From assembly GCF_009914755.1 (NCBI RefSeq), contig NC_060934.1: a stretch of DNA of 64,000 bases; one strand, given 5' to 3'. The notes beneath the pieces are model-generated. The model was not told the DNA's origin, made no database searches, and worked only from the letters and a program-made list of their open reading frames with translations. Both the position numbers and the translations under genes were made by a program. This document shows, piece by piece, positions 1 to 15,760 of this stretch; positions within the stretch are counted from its first letter, which is position 1, and each line of letters begins with the position of its first letter. This stretch comes from the human T2T-CHM13v2.0 reference genome, Homo sapiens.

Positions 1-486
1 TAGGTCCAGGAGATAGTTGTGTAACTGTAAATTATACTAGAAACCATTGAATTGAACACTTTAAATGGGCAAACTTTATGGTAGGTAAATTACATCTGAT
101 AATATAATTTTTAAAACACACATTTTTAAAAACACAGCTTTAAAAACACACTTCTTTTCATATCCTTTATGACAGGCAAACAGACCAAATTTTGTCTTAG
201 AATTAATTGGAAAGAAGTCTACACAAATATCTTTCACACTATGAGTTTACAGTAGTCACGTTAGAAATAAAGACACACCAGAAAAAGTCACTGAGAAAAA
301 TCATTTTATTAGACTAAATGTTTCCACTGCATTTCAGTGTGATTAGAAATGCCCCTCCCTCAAAAGACAAGCCAACCACATTTCCATGCTTTGTTAGTTA
401 TCGGATTAATAGTGAAGTAATGCCATCCGTGCACTGGATCCGCCCATTCCTTAGCATGTTTTAAGAATGATCTGGTTGGACCCTAC

Positions 487-591
487 CATTGAAATATGAT
501 TTTGTGCTTCTTTAACATGTCTCATAGCAGGTGTATCTAAAATCAGACTTGGTCTACCTTTCATCTGTTTATGGTCCTGGGTATATTTTAC
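487..591 (-). CDS. NEBL: NEBL exon (approx. exon 23), 105 nt: VKYTQDHKQMKGRPSLILDTPAMRHVKEAQNHISM
   Basis: TTTGCAG acceptor, GTAGGG donor; within ORF 451..636. Confidence 0.95.
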
Positions 592-861
592 CTGCAAAGT
601 AAATAGTAGGCATAAGACAATGATAAGAAAACACATGATGTAACATTTTTAAGCTTTACAAATGAGTGAAACATATGCAACATACTTGAAATTATTTTCC
701 AGGTAACTATTTCAGTGAATTAAATTTTGTTCTAGAATAGCAACCTAAAATTTTACAATCAAAGATCTCCTCCACCGCCTACTGCTAAATGACCTAAATC
801 TATCAACTCTAAACAAATGTGTGAATGACCAATAGTAACTATCTATCTAGTCTGTAAACCT

Positions 862-1148
862 GCGCAAGCCCGAGGACTCGTATCTGTAATCACAGCACTT
901 TGGAAAGCTAAGGTGGGAGGATGACTTGAGGCCTGGGATTTGAGACTAGGCTGGGCAGCACAGTGAAACCCCCCATCTCTACAGGTAAAAATTAAAAAAA
1001 AAAAAAAATTAGTTGGGCGTGTGCCTGTAGTCCCAGCTACTTGAGAGGTTAAGACAAGACAGCTGCTTGAGCCCAGGAGTTCAAAGCTGCAATGAGCTAT
1101 GATTGTGCTATTGCATTCCAGCCCGGGCAACAGAGACTGTGTCTCAAA
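862..1148 (+). mobile_element. Alu (old, AluJ-like)
   Basis: Diverged two-arm Alu sequence; tail converted to (CA)n. Confidence 0.85.
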
Positions 1149-1188
1149 CACACACATACACACATACACACACACACACACACACACA
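1149..1188 (+). repeat. (CA)n microsatellite
   Basis: Read directly from the sequence. Confidence 0.95.
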
Positions 1189-2172
1189 ACTGGTTATCAT
1201 ATTTAAGTTAAACAGAGAAAATCCAAAACTATTAAATAGAACCCAAAGTTATTTTGTTTCTAAATTTCCCAATTTTCTACCATAAGAGTGTTAAAAAATG
1301 CATACAAGCTACTCTATTTCTTTTTATTTTTTTCTCTGCTTAGGGAATAAGAAACAATGAGGAACAAATTTAGTTGTTCTTCTAAGCAGCCACAACTTAA
1401 AGGTAATTTATGTTAAATACACACAGCATCTCTGGACAGAAATGTCACTAGGAAGCTGTAAATTGCAAAGCCTAAATGCTGATTCTCAGGCAAACAGCTA
1501 TTCAGGGTATGCTAAGAAAAGGGCCTGTGTTCTTCACAACTGCCCATCAGAACACCGCCATTTATGAAACTGATTAGGTGTAAGATATGGATACCACTTA
1601 CTGTGGACCTGAGGGCATTATGTACAATTCAGAATTGAAGCCCTGATATTCACTAAGAGGAAGCACAATATTCAGATAAGATACTCATGTACACCACTGG
1701 ACTTTGGTGAGCAACTGAATTCTACGTTAACTGTATTTAAGGATTCTTTTCTGTAAGTCTTTAGTGGGGGTAATGATCCATCTCCTATTTTGTTTTGCAG
1801 ACAGCATTTAACAATCCATGTTCAATGAAATATTTCAGGAAAATGACAATTATTTAACGCACACATCAAAGGCTTTACCACCTTCAAAGACACGGCTAAC
1901 ATATCATGAATCGTTGTTTAAATGAATATAATTTTAACCTAAGCTTTGAATGTAACTGTTGGTCACATCTGGAAATAACAAAGAGTTGCAAAATAATGTA
2001 AATGTTTGCAGTGGCAGCTTTTGGAAGTCATCTGAAATAACACATGTACTTATTGGACACATCACAAATGTTTCTTGAAAATAAGTTTTATTTTCACAAG
2101 CAAAGGAGGACCGCAAGTAAATAATAAAAGACACATCCTTTGTGATAGTCTAAAATGAAGAAAACCACTTGC

Positions 2173-2637
<465 letters not shown>

Positions 2638-3649
2638 TAGTCAGGGAAGTTTTGTAGGAAACTACAAAAAATATTTTCAGAGGTTGAGTTGTATTTAAAA
2701 TGCTGGCATCTTAAATCAATCTATTTCATTTCATCCCATAAGAGAGTACATGTGTCCAAATCACTGTGGATGTACTCGAATACATAGGCATACCATCCGT
2801 AAAGCTGTAATAAATATTTAACCACAAAAGGAAATGAGAATAAATGTCTTCATGGAGATTACTTAAAGGTATTCACCGTAGACTGGTACTACATGGTCGT
2901 GGTTTCTTAGGAATTAACTGCGGCAGAATTTTTGTAAAGATGTGTTTAAATAGGTGACTGTGGGCATCCTTTAAAAAGCCAGCATGCTTCTCACTGGTCC
3001 ACTCCTTGTCTAAATAACCATGTTCCTTTTTGAGAATAATGGAGTCACATCAAGTATGACTCTAAATATATGGGGGAAAGATGAGCGTCTACTTCTCTAA
3101 AATATAGTTGTTAGGAAAAGTATCAATCACCTGCCTTTGCATTATAAACTGGTAAAATGACTTTAAAGGTGTGAAGAATAAAAGATTTCTTTGAACGTAA
3201 TAGATTTCCAAGTTTCCTCTTCCAAAGAACCCAATCTATATGTTAATGACTGTAAAAGAGGACTTTCTTCTTGAACTGCATCCGTGAATTATTTCAACAA
3301 CAGGGAATCGGAGCAGGCCACAAGTTGGTGTCTAGGTAAAAACTGCCAGCCCCTTATTAAGTGCCCCCAAAATGGTCCTGTCCAATATAACCTATTCAGC
3401 CATGCACACATTATCATTTCTTCCTAGACTTTGCCCAAAAATGGAGTCATGATTGTGGGAAGTGGAAAGTGGGGCTCGGAGGAAGCGCAAGAACAGGAAC
3501 ACATGCTGGTAGAAAAGGGAGGGAAAATGTTTGTTTGTAGGGCCAGGATGCCAGAAGCTACGACTGTGGGACTTGAGGAGACCATAGCACCCATCAGCTA
3601 GATGACAAGATAGAAGGGATACACAACAACCTGTCAAAAAAAGTCACCC

Positions 3650-4069
<420 letters not shown>

Positions 4070-4147
4070 CTATAAATACAATCCCTTCATTCACACGTGG
4101 ACAATGCATTTGATAGTGTAAGAAAAAAGTTACTAAGATGATCACAC

Positions 4148-4240
4148 ATTGCTGATGTTTTTCTGGTTTTCTTTTGCCCTCTTCAGCTCTGGTGGATCAG
4201 AAATTGCAGTTCCCCGTTGAAGTTCTCCCTTATATTTTAC
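4148..4240 (-). CDS. NEBL: NEBL exon (approx. exon 21), 93 nt: VKYKGELQRGTAISDPPELKRAKENQKNISN
   Basis: TTCTTAG acceptor, GTGTGA donor. Confidence 0.94.
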
Positions 4241-5611
4241 CTAAGAAGGATAAATAAGAACTTTAACAGATAGCACAATGGGCTCCACTGAAATACCACA
4301 AAGGACAAGGCTCAAAATTAGCACCATCTTTTTACACATTTTTTTCCACAGTTGATTACATCAACCTTCACGCTTACATATACGCCCACATTCCGATGGG
4401 TCTGATTTAGCAAGCACAAGTTGTTGCTGGTACTGTTTAAATATGTCTTCAATAAATGCTTTCCTCTTCAATATCAAAATTAACCATAAATTCCACAAAT
4501 AAAAGTAATGGAATCATAAGGCAACATGCTTTAAAAGAAACGCCAGAATGAAGTCATTACAAGAGAACTCTTGTGAAGTCCATTCCCTGTCACCCTAGAA
4601 GGCTTTTTACTGTCTTCTGACCGTGGGGCTTCTCCCTTCAATAGAAGCTAAAGCTCTCTGACTCCTACCACCTCCCAGGGATATTATAAGGATAAACAGT
4701 GTTGAGCCTCATTATCTCCACCCAGGAGAACCTACTCTTACATTTTGAAGTCTTTCAAAGGTACTTGTTTTGGAAAAAGAAGGCTTTTGTTTGTATTGGT
4801 GAAAGTTCAACAATATGTTCCAATCTCAGCTCTGCCTTTACTAGCTGGGTGGGGGGGCTGGGGGTGGGAGGCCAGCATGTCCTCTGACCTCCCCAAGACT
4901 CAGTTTCCCACATCTACCAACCAGAGAAACAAACAGTGCTGACCTCATGGGTTTACATAGAACATTAGTACAGGGCCCAGCACAGAGTAGCGCTGCCTTG
5001 TTAACTATTTTTGCTTTATTCACAACAGACTATTGAATGACTGAAAAATGTTTTCCATTTATAAGGCTCTTTGACTTGATACTATGTCTTAGAATGCCAG
5101 TCAAGCCAGGTCTTCTTTTGCCCTGTTCCAATATATATATATTTTTCTTTTCATATTGACATCAGATCCAGTATTCTCCATTAACTGCATTTTTTTAAAG
5201 AGATTTACCAACTGAACTATGAGGTCCTTGAGGATAGAAAGTGGGTCTTACCCATCTTTGTGTCTGGGTGACCAGGACAATGCCCAGTACATTTGGGTAC
5301 TTAATGAAGATCTCTTGAATAAGCAAACACAGCTAAGGTACAGCAACACAGTCCCAAATTTCCTGGACACGCAGTTCATGCCCTTCAACAAGGAAATGTG
5401 AAAAGGAACATCCAAAAATGCAGAGGGTGTAAAACTTTTCCTTTTTAAATTTTTAGATAGTTTTATTAAATCTGGAGATATTCCGTTTATCATCATCGTT
5501 ATTATTGCAGTTGTTAAATTTTACAAAAGAATTAATGCTGCATGTACATATTCACTTTTTCATGTTATAATGATATGATTCATCCATATAATTGCATGTT
5601 GCTCAAATTCA

Positions 5612-5902
5612 TTTTCTTTTAAAACTTTTAAGTTCAGCGGTACATGTGCAGGTTTGTTACACAGGTGAACTTGTGTTATGGGAGTTTGTTGTACAGATGA
5701 CTTCATCACCCCGGCATTAAGCCCAGTACTCAACAGTTACTTTTCCGGATCCTCTCCCTCCTCCCATCCTCTCCCGTCCAACAGGCTCCGGTGTCTGTTA
5801 TTCCCCTCTATGTGTCCATGTATTCTCATCATTTAGCTCTCATTATTATGCAGTATTTGGTTTTACGTTCCTGTGTTAGTTTGCTAAGGATAATGGCCTT
5901 CC
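5612..5902 (-). mobile_element. L1 3' end fragment (L1PA/PB-like)
   Basis: TACATGTGCAGGTTTGTTAC...GTTAGTTTGCTAAGGATAATGGCC matches the L1 3'UTR. Confidence 0.85.
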
Positions 5903-5971
5903 AAAGGGCATATTTTTAAATAAAAATATGTTATGTTTGAGAAAATATAAAAGGAAACAGAAACGACTTGC

Positions 5972-6064
5972 CGCACTCAGCTGCTCCTGGTTTCGTCTCA
6001 CTCTCTCTATCTCCGGGGTCATGCTTACCGGAGTGGCCTTGTAGTTTTGCTCTTTATACTGGAG
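5972..6064 (-). CDS. NEBL: NEBL exon (approx. exon 20), 93 nt: LQYKEQNYKATPVSMTPEIERVRRNQEQLSA
   Basis: CTCTCAG acceptor, non-canonical GCAAGT donor; within ORF 5876..6082. Confidence 0.93.
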
Positions 6065-6107
6065 CTGAGAGACAAGGTGCAAGACAGTTTGAGATTATGG
6101 GAAATAA

Positions 6108-6581
<474 letters not shown>

Positions 6582-7042
6582 TAGCACTAAAGCAACATTT
6601 ATCAAATTGCCATTTTATATTTAAAAATAATAATTCTACATTCTTATCATTGGGAAGGAGAGTAACAAAATCCTGTACCTGAACTTTAGTGATAGACTAT
6701 TACTGTATAAAGAAACCTTGAACTTCAAAGGTTCTTCTCTATGCCGTTCTAACATTGGAAGCCCCATCTCTGACCTAGCATTATAGAAATTTTCCTGACT
6801 TAATGCACAGAGGTGTTTTTCTTAGCTGGGGATCTAACTCCATTGTTTGTGGTCAGCTTTCCCAACAATTCCACAACACCTCCCAAAATAAATGAGCATC
6901 AATAGAGAAAATCAGAATGGCAAATGAACTTTTGGCAGACAAAAGTAGAGCTGGAGGTTAAGATCTCATTAGAAGAAACTTCACAGGGACAGTTTTAGTG
7001 TCTTTTTAGACTTTAAAGCTCAGGTTAGGGAATTTTCTTTTA

Positions 7043-7567
<525 letters not shown>

Positions 7568-8873
7568 TTACGCAGATTCTTGTGACCGGGTGATTGAGCT
7601 AAAGGGAGGAATGTTTCAGTTTAATCTGTATCAAGCTTGAAAGAAATCACTCTGGCTAAAGCTCAAAGGGGTTACATCTGAATAGTAAATTCACATTATT
7701 GACAAAGAGAAACTCTTACTGCCAATTTCTAGTGGATGTAAGTTTGGGTGCATAAGTTTGATAGAATCTTCACATCTTGTATTCATCCCTTCACAAACAT
7801 GCTGTGTGTTTCACAAGCAATATCTCTTCAATACTCTTATCCTTGCTTTATATAGAGGAAATTTAGGTTTCAAGAGGTGAATGGCTTACAACAATTATAC
7901 AACAAGTAAGATCTGGAGTTAGGATCAAATCATCCAACAGTCCAGGATCCAGGGTTCATGTTCTTTTCCACCACTTGAGTGTTATCCAAATTTCCCACAT
8001 TTCTGCCATTTGCATGCCCCTTTCTCTATGTCATACCAGATAAATACTACAAATAACACCTACAATGTTATACTTTTTCATTAAATTAATTCACTGTTTA
8101 TTTTCAAATAAAGTTATTTCTAAGAGATTGTTATATTTCTACCATCAATTGAAAACTAGTCACCCTTCTTTTGGAAGAAGGTAAACATTAGAACAATTTA
8201 ATCACGAAGTCAACTGCTCTTAAACATTAAGATTGTCAGTAAGCCACATAATATCTACCGGAATGCCATAATGGTATATGAACCACACTTTAGAGACACT
8301 GTGGGAATCCATACTACCTTTTTGTGATCTGTATCTCAACTTCCCTCTCCAGCATACGCTCCTGCCATCTTTCACCCCAAGTACTCATCACACTAAACCC
8401 TCTTCTTGAATCCTGGAACAAGCCTTGGATCTTGAACATATTTGGTTTGCTCTGCCAGGAATGCCTTTCCTCACAAAACTCAGCTCTAAACCTTTATTAC
8501 CTTTTCAAGATCTAACTCCAACGTTACCCCTTCCCCAAGGCTCTTTGTCTCTGCCACTGCATAGCCGTCCTTCTGCGTTTGCACAGCACTTTGCAAGAGG
8601 CATTATTACTTATGATTAAATGAGATATTGCAATGTAAAGTACCCAAAATGCATAGTAAGCACCCAACAAATAACAGTTATTGTAATGGAACTTAAACAG
8701 TGAACATAGCTATATACTCCTATCTCTGTTTCTCCTACAAACCTTGAGGATGCCCACGACCCCTAATCTCAGGGCATACCTCTCATCTTTAAAATCCCCC
8801 AAGAACAAGAACAGAGAAGACATTCAATAACACATTTCATGTTTAGTTTTGTCACTTGTTTTGTTTTGTAGAC

Positions 8874-9262
8874 TAATATATATATATGTTATCTATCTAT
8901 CTATCTATAGGTCTATCTATAGATAGATATCTATACCTATTTTCATAAATATATATATTCATAGATATCTATACCTATTTTCAGAAATAGGTATAGATAA
9001 AAGAAATAGAAAATGTTCTTTTTTGTGATTTGTTTTGCTTTGTAGACTAATATATAGATAGTCCATATGTCTATATAGATAGGTAGTAGTCTAACTAGAT
9101 ATAGAAAGACTATATAGAGATATATACAGACTATCTAATATAGACTATATATAAACTAATATAGACTATATAGAGATATACAGACTATCTAATATAGGCT
9201 ATATATAGATATATAGAGACTATAGATATATAGATATATAGAGACTATAGATACGTATATAT
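8874..9262. repeat. Complex (TA)/(TAGA)-rich low-complexity array
   Basis: Read directly; contains internal duplications. Confidence 0.85.
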
Positions 9263-9334
9263 GTCTACAAAACAAAATAAATGACAAAACAAAAAAGAAA
9301 ATATCAATATATGTTTCTGAAAATAGGTTTCATT

Positions 9335-9535
9335 CCTTTTTAATTATTATAGATTCAAAGGTACAAGAACAGTTGTGTTACATAGACATATTGCATAGTG
9401 GCGATGTCTGGGCTTTTAGTGTAACCATTACCCTAGATAGTGTACATTGTACCCAACAATATTTCACCTCTCATCCTGCTCTCACCCTCCTACCTTTTGG
9501 AGTCTCCAATGTCTATGATTCCACTCTGTATGTCT
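9335..9535 (-). mobile_element. L1 3' end fragment (L1PB/MA-like)
   Basis: L1 3'UTR-like sequence in reverse orientation. Confidence 0.65.
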
Positions 9536-9755
9536 GAATAATATGTGTCTTTAATAAATAAATGCTGACACAAGGCATTAGGCTAGGTGTCATGGAGGGC
9601 ATACAGATGTGTAAAATGCTAGCTCCACTTTTAAGGAACCGATCCTCTCGCAATGAGGTTCATTGTGATGGCATTTGACCTGTACAGGTTTTATGCTGTC
9701 ATTACGTGTTGATATACAATAAAATTTTTAAAAAATACTTAAGAAATATGATCAC

Positions 9756-9848
9756 ATTGCTGATGTTCTTCTGGTTTTCTTTAACTCTCTTTAGTTCTGG
9801 AGGATCAGAAATGGCTGTTGCATGTTTAATCTCTTCTTTGTATTTCAC
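9756..9848 (-). CDS. NEBL: NEBL exon (approx. exon 19), 93 nt: VKYKEEIKHATAISDPPELKRVKENQKNISN
   Basis: GCAG acceptor, weak GTGATC donor. Confidence 0.94.
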
Positions 9849-11906
9849 CTGCATAATTTATAAGAATATAACGTTAACTTTATTCTATGCAAGGCTTTAA
9901 AATATTGAGAATTCTTCAATTGTAACTATTGCATAATTGAATTTTATTAATTCCAACATTACTTTTCCTTCACTGGGGACATAATTCTTAATTTTATATG
10001 ATGCTTTCAGGATTCCTTATTCCTAAGGTACAAATAAATCCGTATCTATTCACTTATTCATCACTATAGGAGTTTTTTAAGTAAAATAAGCAAATGTTGC
10101 TTATAAAAATAAATTTTATCATTAGGCAGATGCAGGAAAAAAACCTTGTACATTATCGTAAATAAAATGATTATTTTCTATCCAAAAATCAGTTTCTATT
10201 AATATGGTAATTAAAATTTAACAAGTATTTAAAGGCAAAAGTCAAATTGATTTAGCCACAGAGTCTGGGGAGCACTGCTTGTCTGACTGAGAGCACATAA
10301 ATAATAAGGAAATAAATAAGGAAATAAGGAATTCCTTATAGAATAAGGAAAAAAATAAAGTGAGCACAATAAAAGAAGAGAAAAAGGGAGATGGAAGGAA
10401 ATGTACTAAAAGCATAGACCACTGGGTCCTGCATCAGTATAAGGAAGGTCAGCGCCAGGAAGTCAGAGATGTCTGCTATCCACACAATCACATTAGGAAA
10501 AGCTCACCTTTATCCTGGCTTCTACTTCACTCAAAATCTCCCCCATCACATATATTTAGAGGAAGATCAATCAGGCAAATGGTAATACAAGCATACAGTT
10601 ATGCACGGGACAAGAAAGAGTTCTTTGAACTCATAAAATGATTAGTGATACTATCAATTCAGGTGGTATTTTAATATGTCTAAAATTCATGGAAGATAAT
10701 TCAAATTCAATCTTCCTTGAATGAAAAGGATACATATATATGTAAGTATATGAAAGCATAGGCTCAACTTAAGAGGCCGTGTTGAAATTTAGTAAATATC
10801 TAAATCTACATGAAACATGTTTCAGAAATCACCTGGTAATGTTTAAAATGATTAAGGGTGAAAACCATGCAGACTGTCATAAAGAAACAGTACCTAAATA
10901 TCTCAGATATCATCTATGTCTTAGTATCTGTGGATTTCATGTAAGTAACAATGCCAATATTAGTCCAGACCCAAAACAGTTAAATTGGAAGTTCACTGAG
11001 ACAGGCTACCTCTAAATAAAATTCAAAAATAGTTCTTAAGACAGAGAGCTAACAGCTAAAAGGCTTGTACTCTGGAGGTGGAAAATGTCGAGATCTTTAA
11101 ATGTTAGAGAATCATATCTTGGTTTGACAGATCTAGCTAATCTTAAAAGGGCAACTTTCCATTTGAATACTAAGCAGGAGTTTATGGCCCAACCTCATGC
11201 AGATACAGAACTATGCATTTATTGTTTGCTAGAAGAGGCTGTGGGATGCTAAGAGAAGAAATGATATACTGTAATACTCTGGGATTTTCCTCAGGTAAGA
11301 AGCTTAACATGATTAAAGATGAACACTTTTGTTTTTCAAAGGGACTCTAATCAAAATGGCACAGTTATTTCACTGTAGTCTATAGAATTGCACACTACAG
11401 AATATTTATAATATTAAACCACAGTACATCGATGGGTGCATTTTAAATATTATCATTGGAAAGAGAAGCAATGAATATTTTATACTTCTCTCCCAACCTA
11501 ATTCATCTACCAGGCTAACACAGGCTCTCACCATGAAAGATCAGAAGAACACATTCATCCACTCTCATCCACACCTTAAGCCTAGGTCCTCCTTACACTT
11601 TATTCAAGAGACAGCTCCATGGTGCTACAGAGGTTTTATTGCACTCATATTCTGTAGACTTTTTATGCTTTTATTTTGAAGTATACTTTACTATTGCATT
11701 CTCTTACCTCTCCTACACTTTCTTCACAAACGCTGACCCACACTGATATTCTCTGGATGCTGCATAATGACCAAGTGACCCACAGATGAGTCTAATCAAG
11801 GCAATTCTGCTTGGATTACTTAAAGGGAAGGTGCTCTTTCCAAGGATAAGGTGAAAAGATAAGTCAGAGTAAGGGATTTAAAGAACGAATCCTTTTTACT
11901 TCCTCA

Positions 11907-12228
<322 letters not shown>

Positions 12229-12994
12229 TCAATGTACTAAATATACATGGGAGAATATCAAATTGGTAAGGAGAGCAATTATCCACAGCAAATGTCAAAC
12301 ACTCAATGGAAAAAACAATTTATCCGTAATATTAAGCACCTTAATGTTAGAAGGACCCTTCCAACAGAAGAGGACCCCTCCCCCCAGTCTAAAGGTTACT
12401 GGAAGCTAAGTTATTTCACAATTTATAGTGAAGATGTGTGATTTGTTTTCGTTTCTGCTGGAAGAAGCAGAAGGTAAAACAGGCTGGAAAGAAGAAATGG
12501 GCAGAAGCGTGTCTGATAAAAAGCTTAGAGATGTGACTGACATCGGTTAAAAATGAACTGGTACTATTTGCCTTTTCAAATCTAATCCTTCACTTAAGCT
12601 GCCAAATAAATGTTCTGGGGCCTTTAATCATTGTATCAGGGAAAAATTTCTTTCTTCCAACTTGTGGAGAGGTACTGAAATGTATCCTTTCTCTGCAAAA
12701 TTTAATAGAGTTAAAATTCTCTTCAAAGAGATGAAATCTAACCCTAGGTTTCATTAAAATGACCTAGCTCTTCTTCATTGTGATATATCAAAATGAAACA
12801 CTGCTTCAGAGTCAAGGGGAACAAGGATACAGTTTTTGTTCTGAAAGTTAGATCTTTGATATATGATGAAATAGCATTTCAATAAAGTGAAGAATAAAAG
12901 GAAAAAAGCCATCAGTTGAGTAAAGAACTAAAAACATTTGTCTATAGTTTTGGTTTGCTTTTAGAAAAGATAATTAATGCTGTAGAGAACTTAC

Positions 12995-13087
12995 TGAACT
13001 AATATTCTGCTGATTTTTCTTCACTCGTTCGATCTCTGGGCTATCTTTCACTGCAGTGCCAGCTCCCACTTCTTTCTTATAAAATAC
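12995..13087 (-). CDS. NEBL: NEBL exon (approx. exon 18), 93 nt: VFYKKEVGAGTAVKDSPEIERVKKNQQNISS
   Basis: AAG acceptor, GTAAGT donor. Confidence 0.95.
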
Positions 13088-14187
13088 CTTTATTATAAGA
13101 AAAGGAAAAGAATAACTAAGCTTGTCAGAATTCAAGTCCTAGATCCGCTTCTTAGAAAGACAATTTCTCAGGTTTTATAATAATATGAATACTGCATCTA
13201 TTTATGAGTGCCGGAATTATAGGAACAAATTAAATAATCCATTCAGATAATCCATGAAAACTTTGGTTTTATATCCCATAATCTCACAAATAACCCTCTC
13301 CTGCTCTAGGTCTAGACCACTACCATGGCTGACTGCAGATTATTTGCTTTAAGAATACACATTGGCAAACCAGAGTTCCTTTCTTCAAATATAAATATAT
13401 GTCCCATGTGTATTTGAGAAAAAGCAGATATTACAAAAGCCCATTAAGCCGTTATCACTGAATTCAAAAAGAAAATGACATTTTAGGCAACTTCTATGCT
13501 CCAAACACAAGGATGCCCACATTCTCTTCCAAGAAAATGTTAGCTCATCATCAATATCAATGTTAATTTCAAGTCTATCTTCTTCATCTTCCACTTATTT
13601 GTTAACCCTCTCCCATGTGTCTCCACCCCTACTAACGTCTACCCTTCCAAACCCAAAGCAGAACAAAAACACAAGAGTATTTATGAGTGCCCTCGTTATG
13701 AGTACTCTGCAGAAAAACAGAGTAATTATAAGAAAGGTAAATGAGGATAGAATTACTCCCTTTCTTGACATTTGGTAATCCAGTGGCCCCCGCGTGGGTG
13801 GGAGAGCACGGTAGGAGAGATGTTTTCCTCCAAAGGCTAGAACTACAGAACACTATAGAATCACACAGCCTCTTTTCCTCATCCTTCCATCAAGACTTTC
13901 CCATTTCTCAGTACAGCCTGGCCATCCCTGTGGAGACCCAGCAGACATCTGACCAGCTTACTCTGAGAGCTGGCGCTTGCCAACTAATTAGGAGGTAGGA
14001 AATATTCCAGAAGTCCTCACACTTACTAGAATTTATATTTTGATGAGATGCTTCCTTAACTATTAATGACTGAGCTAATTCTATGTTAAAATATTAGTTG
14101 TATGGTCAATTTTTACAATTTTAGAACAGAAGTCAAGTTTATACATTTATTAATGGACTCAGCCTCTTAATTAATAGTGCTGATGCA

Positions 14188-14637
14188 CTATTTACAATAG
14201 GAAAGACATGGAATCAACCTGAATGCCCATCAATGATAGACTGGATAAAGAAAATGTGGTACATATACACCACAGAATACCATGCAGTCATAAAAAAGAA
14301 TGAGATCATGGCCTTTGCAGGGACATGGATGGAGCTAGATGCCATTATACTTAGCAAACTAATGCAGGAACAGAAAACCAAATACCGCATTTTCTCACTT
14401 ATAAGTGGGAGCTAAATGATGAGAACACATGGACACACAGAGGCGAACAACACACACAGGGGCCTATCAGAGGGTGAAGAAGGAGGGGAGGGAGAGGATC
14501 AGAAAAAATAACTAATGGGTACTAGGCTTAACACCTGGGTGACAAAATAATCGTACAACAAACCCCTATGACACAAGTTTACCTATGTAAAAACCTGCAC
14601 AGGTACCCCCAAACTTAAAATAAAAGTTAAAAAAAAA
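14188..14637 (+). mobile_element. 5'-truncated L1 (older L1PA/PB) with target-site duplication
   Basis: ORF2 C-terminus (MIDWIKKMWYIYT...), 3'UTR and polyA; TSD AGTGCTGATGCA at 14176 and 14638. Confidence 0.92.
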
Positions 14638-15077
14638 AGTGCTGATGCAATTCCTCTTCCTCAAAATAAAAATATAGAAGTTTAGAAATTTATTAAGAAT
14701 GAGTAAATGGTTAGACATATTATCAGTAAAAACAATCAATAACCAGGAATAAAATCACTTCATATGACTATTTTCACCTTCAAAGTAAAATCTGTGTAGA
14801 AGACAGACTTCTTTCCTGAGTTAAATTTTAAAATTTAGTTAATAACTGTCATTTATACCGAAGAGGAAATTTTGAATTTGTAATTCCAAAAAAATAATGA
14901 AAAATGATAATTTGTAAAAATTATCAGTATTCTTATTATTTTAAAGAAATAAAGATAATACACTTGACAGAAAATTCAACTAAGACAGCAGAAAACATCA
15001 GACAATGAGGAAAAAAGACCATTTCTTACAAAACAAAATTTCAAGGTGGCAACTTAAAAGAAGTAATGGCTACTCAC

Positions 15078-15182
15078 CGCACTAATGTTTTGTTGAGTTG
15101 TCTTAATTCTCTGAATTTCAGGAGTATCTGCTATGGTAGAATAGTTAGAAAGCATCTTCTCTGCTTCATCTTTATACTTTCT
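15078..15182 (-). CDS. NEBL: NEBL exon (approx. exon 17), 105 nt: RKYKDEAEKMLSNYSTIADTPEIQRIKTTQQNISA
   Basis: TTTTTAG acceptor, GTGAGT donor. Confidence 0.95.
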
Positions 15183-15760
15183 CTAAAAACATAAACAGTT
15201 AATATAAATCTGAAACTATGTGTGTGCGCACATGTGAGAGGGAGGGAGGGAGGCAGGAAAGGAGGAAGGGAGAGAGAGAGAGTAAAAAACTGTTTTTACT
15301 GACTTACACTCCCAGAGAGAGAGAGAGAGAGGTGGAGAGACAGAGATAGAATGATACCATTCTTCGATCTCTACCATACGACATGGCTTCTAGATTTACG
15401 CTTTGCTTCCTACTTCATGTGAAGATAGATTTGATTAAGGGAAAGTTAACAGTATTTTGAAGTTGAGATTAAAATCTTAATTTTCTCTCCACTAAATGAG
15501 CTACTATGAGCTCTAATACAACCCAGGCAATATCTTATCCTAGTACCAGCACTTACATTGTACTTACTATGTAATGGGTATTGTTCTAAATACTTAACAC
15601 ACACTAACTCATTTAATCAACCTGACAAGCAGATACTATTATTATTTCCATCTTACAGATGGAGAAACTGAAGTACTAGATAGTAAGTATCAGAGCCTCA
15701 ACTTAAAACCAGGCTCTCTGATTCCAAAATCAGTGAAGTTAATTATTCTGGCAAACTACT

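Noticed and set aside
4372-4470. Short minus-strand open frame ending at a GTAAGC donor-like site (possible extra exon)
   Set aside because: No convincing polypyrimidine acceptor, no nebulin motif, and the length does not preserve frame.
14233-14415. 60-aa ORF resembling a real protein
   Set aside because: It is the C-terminus of L1 ORF2p in a truncated element.
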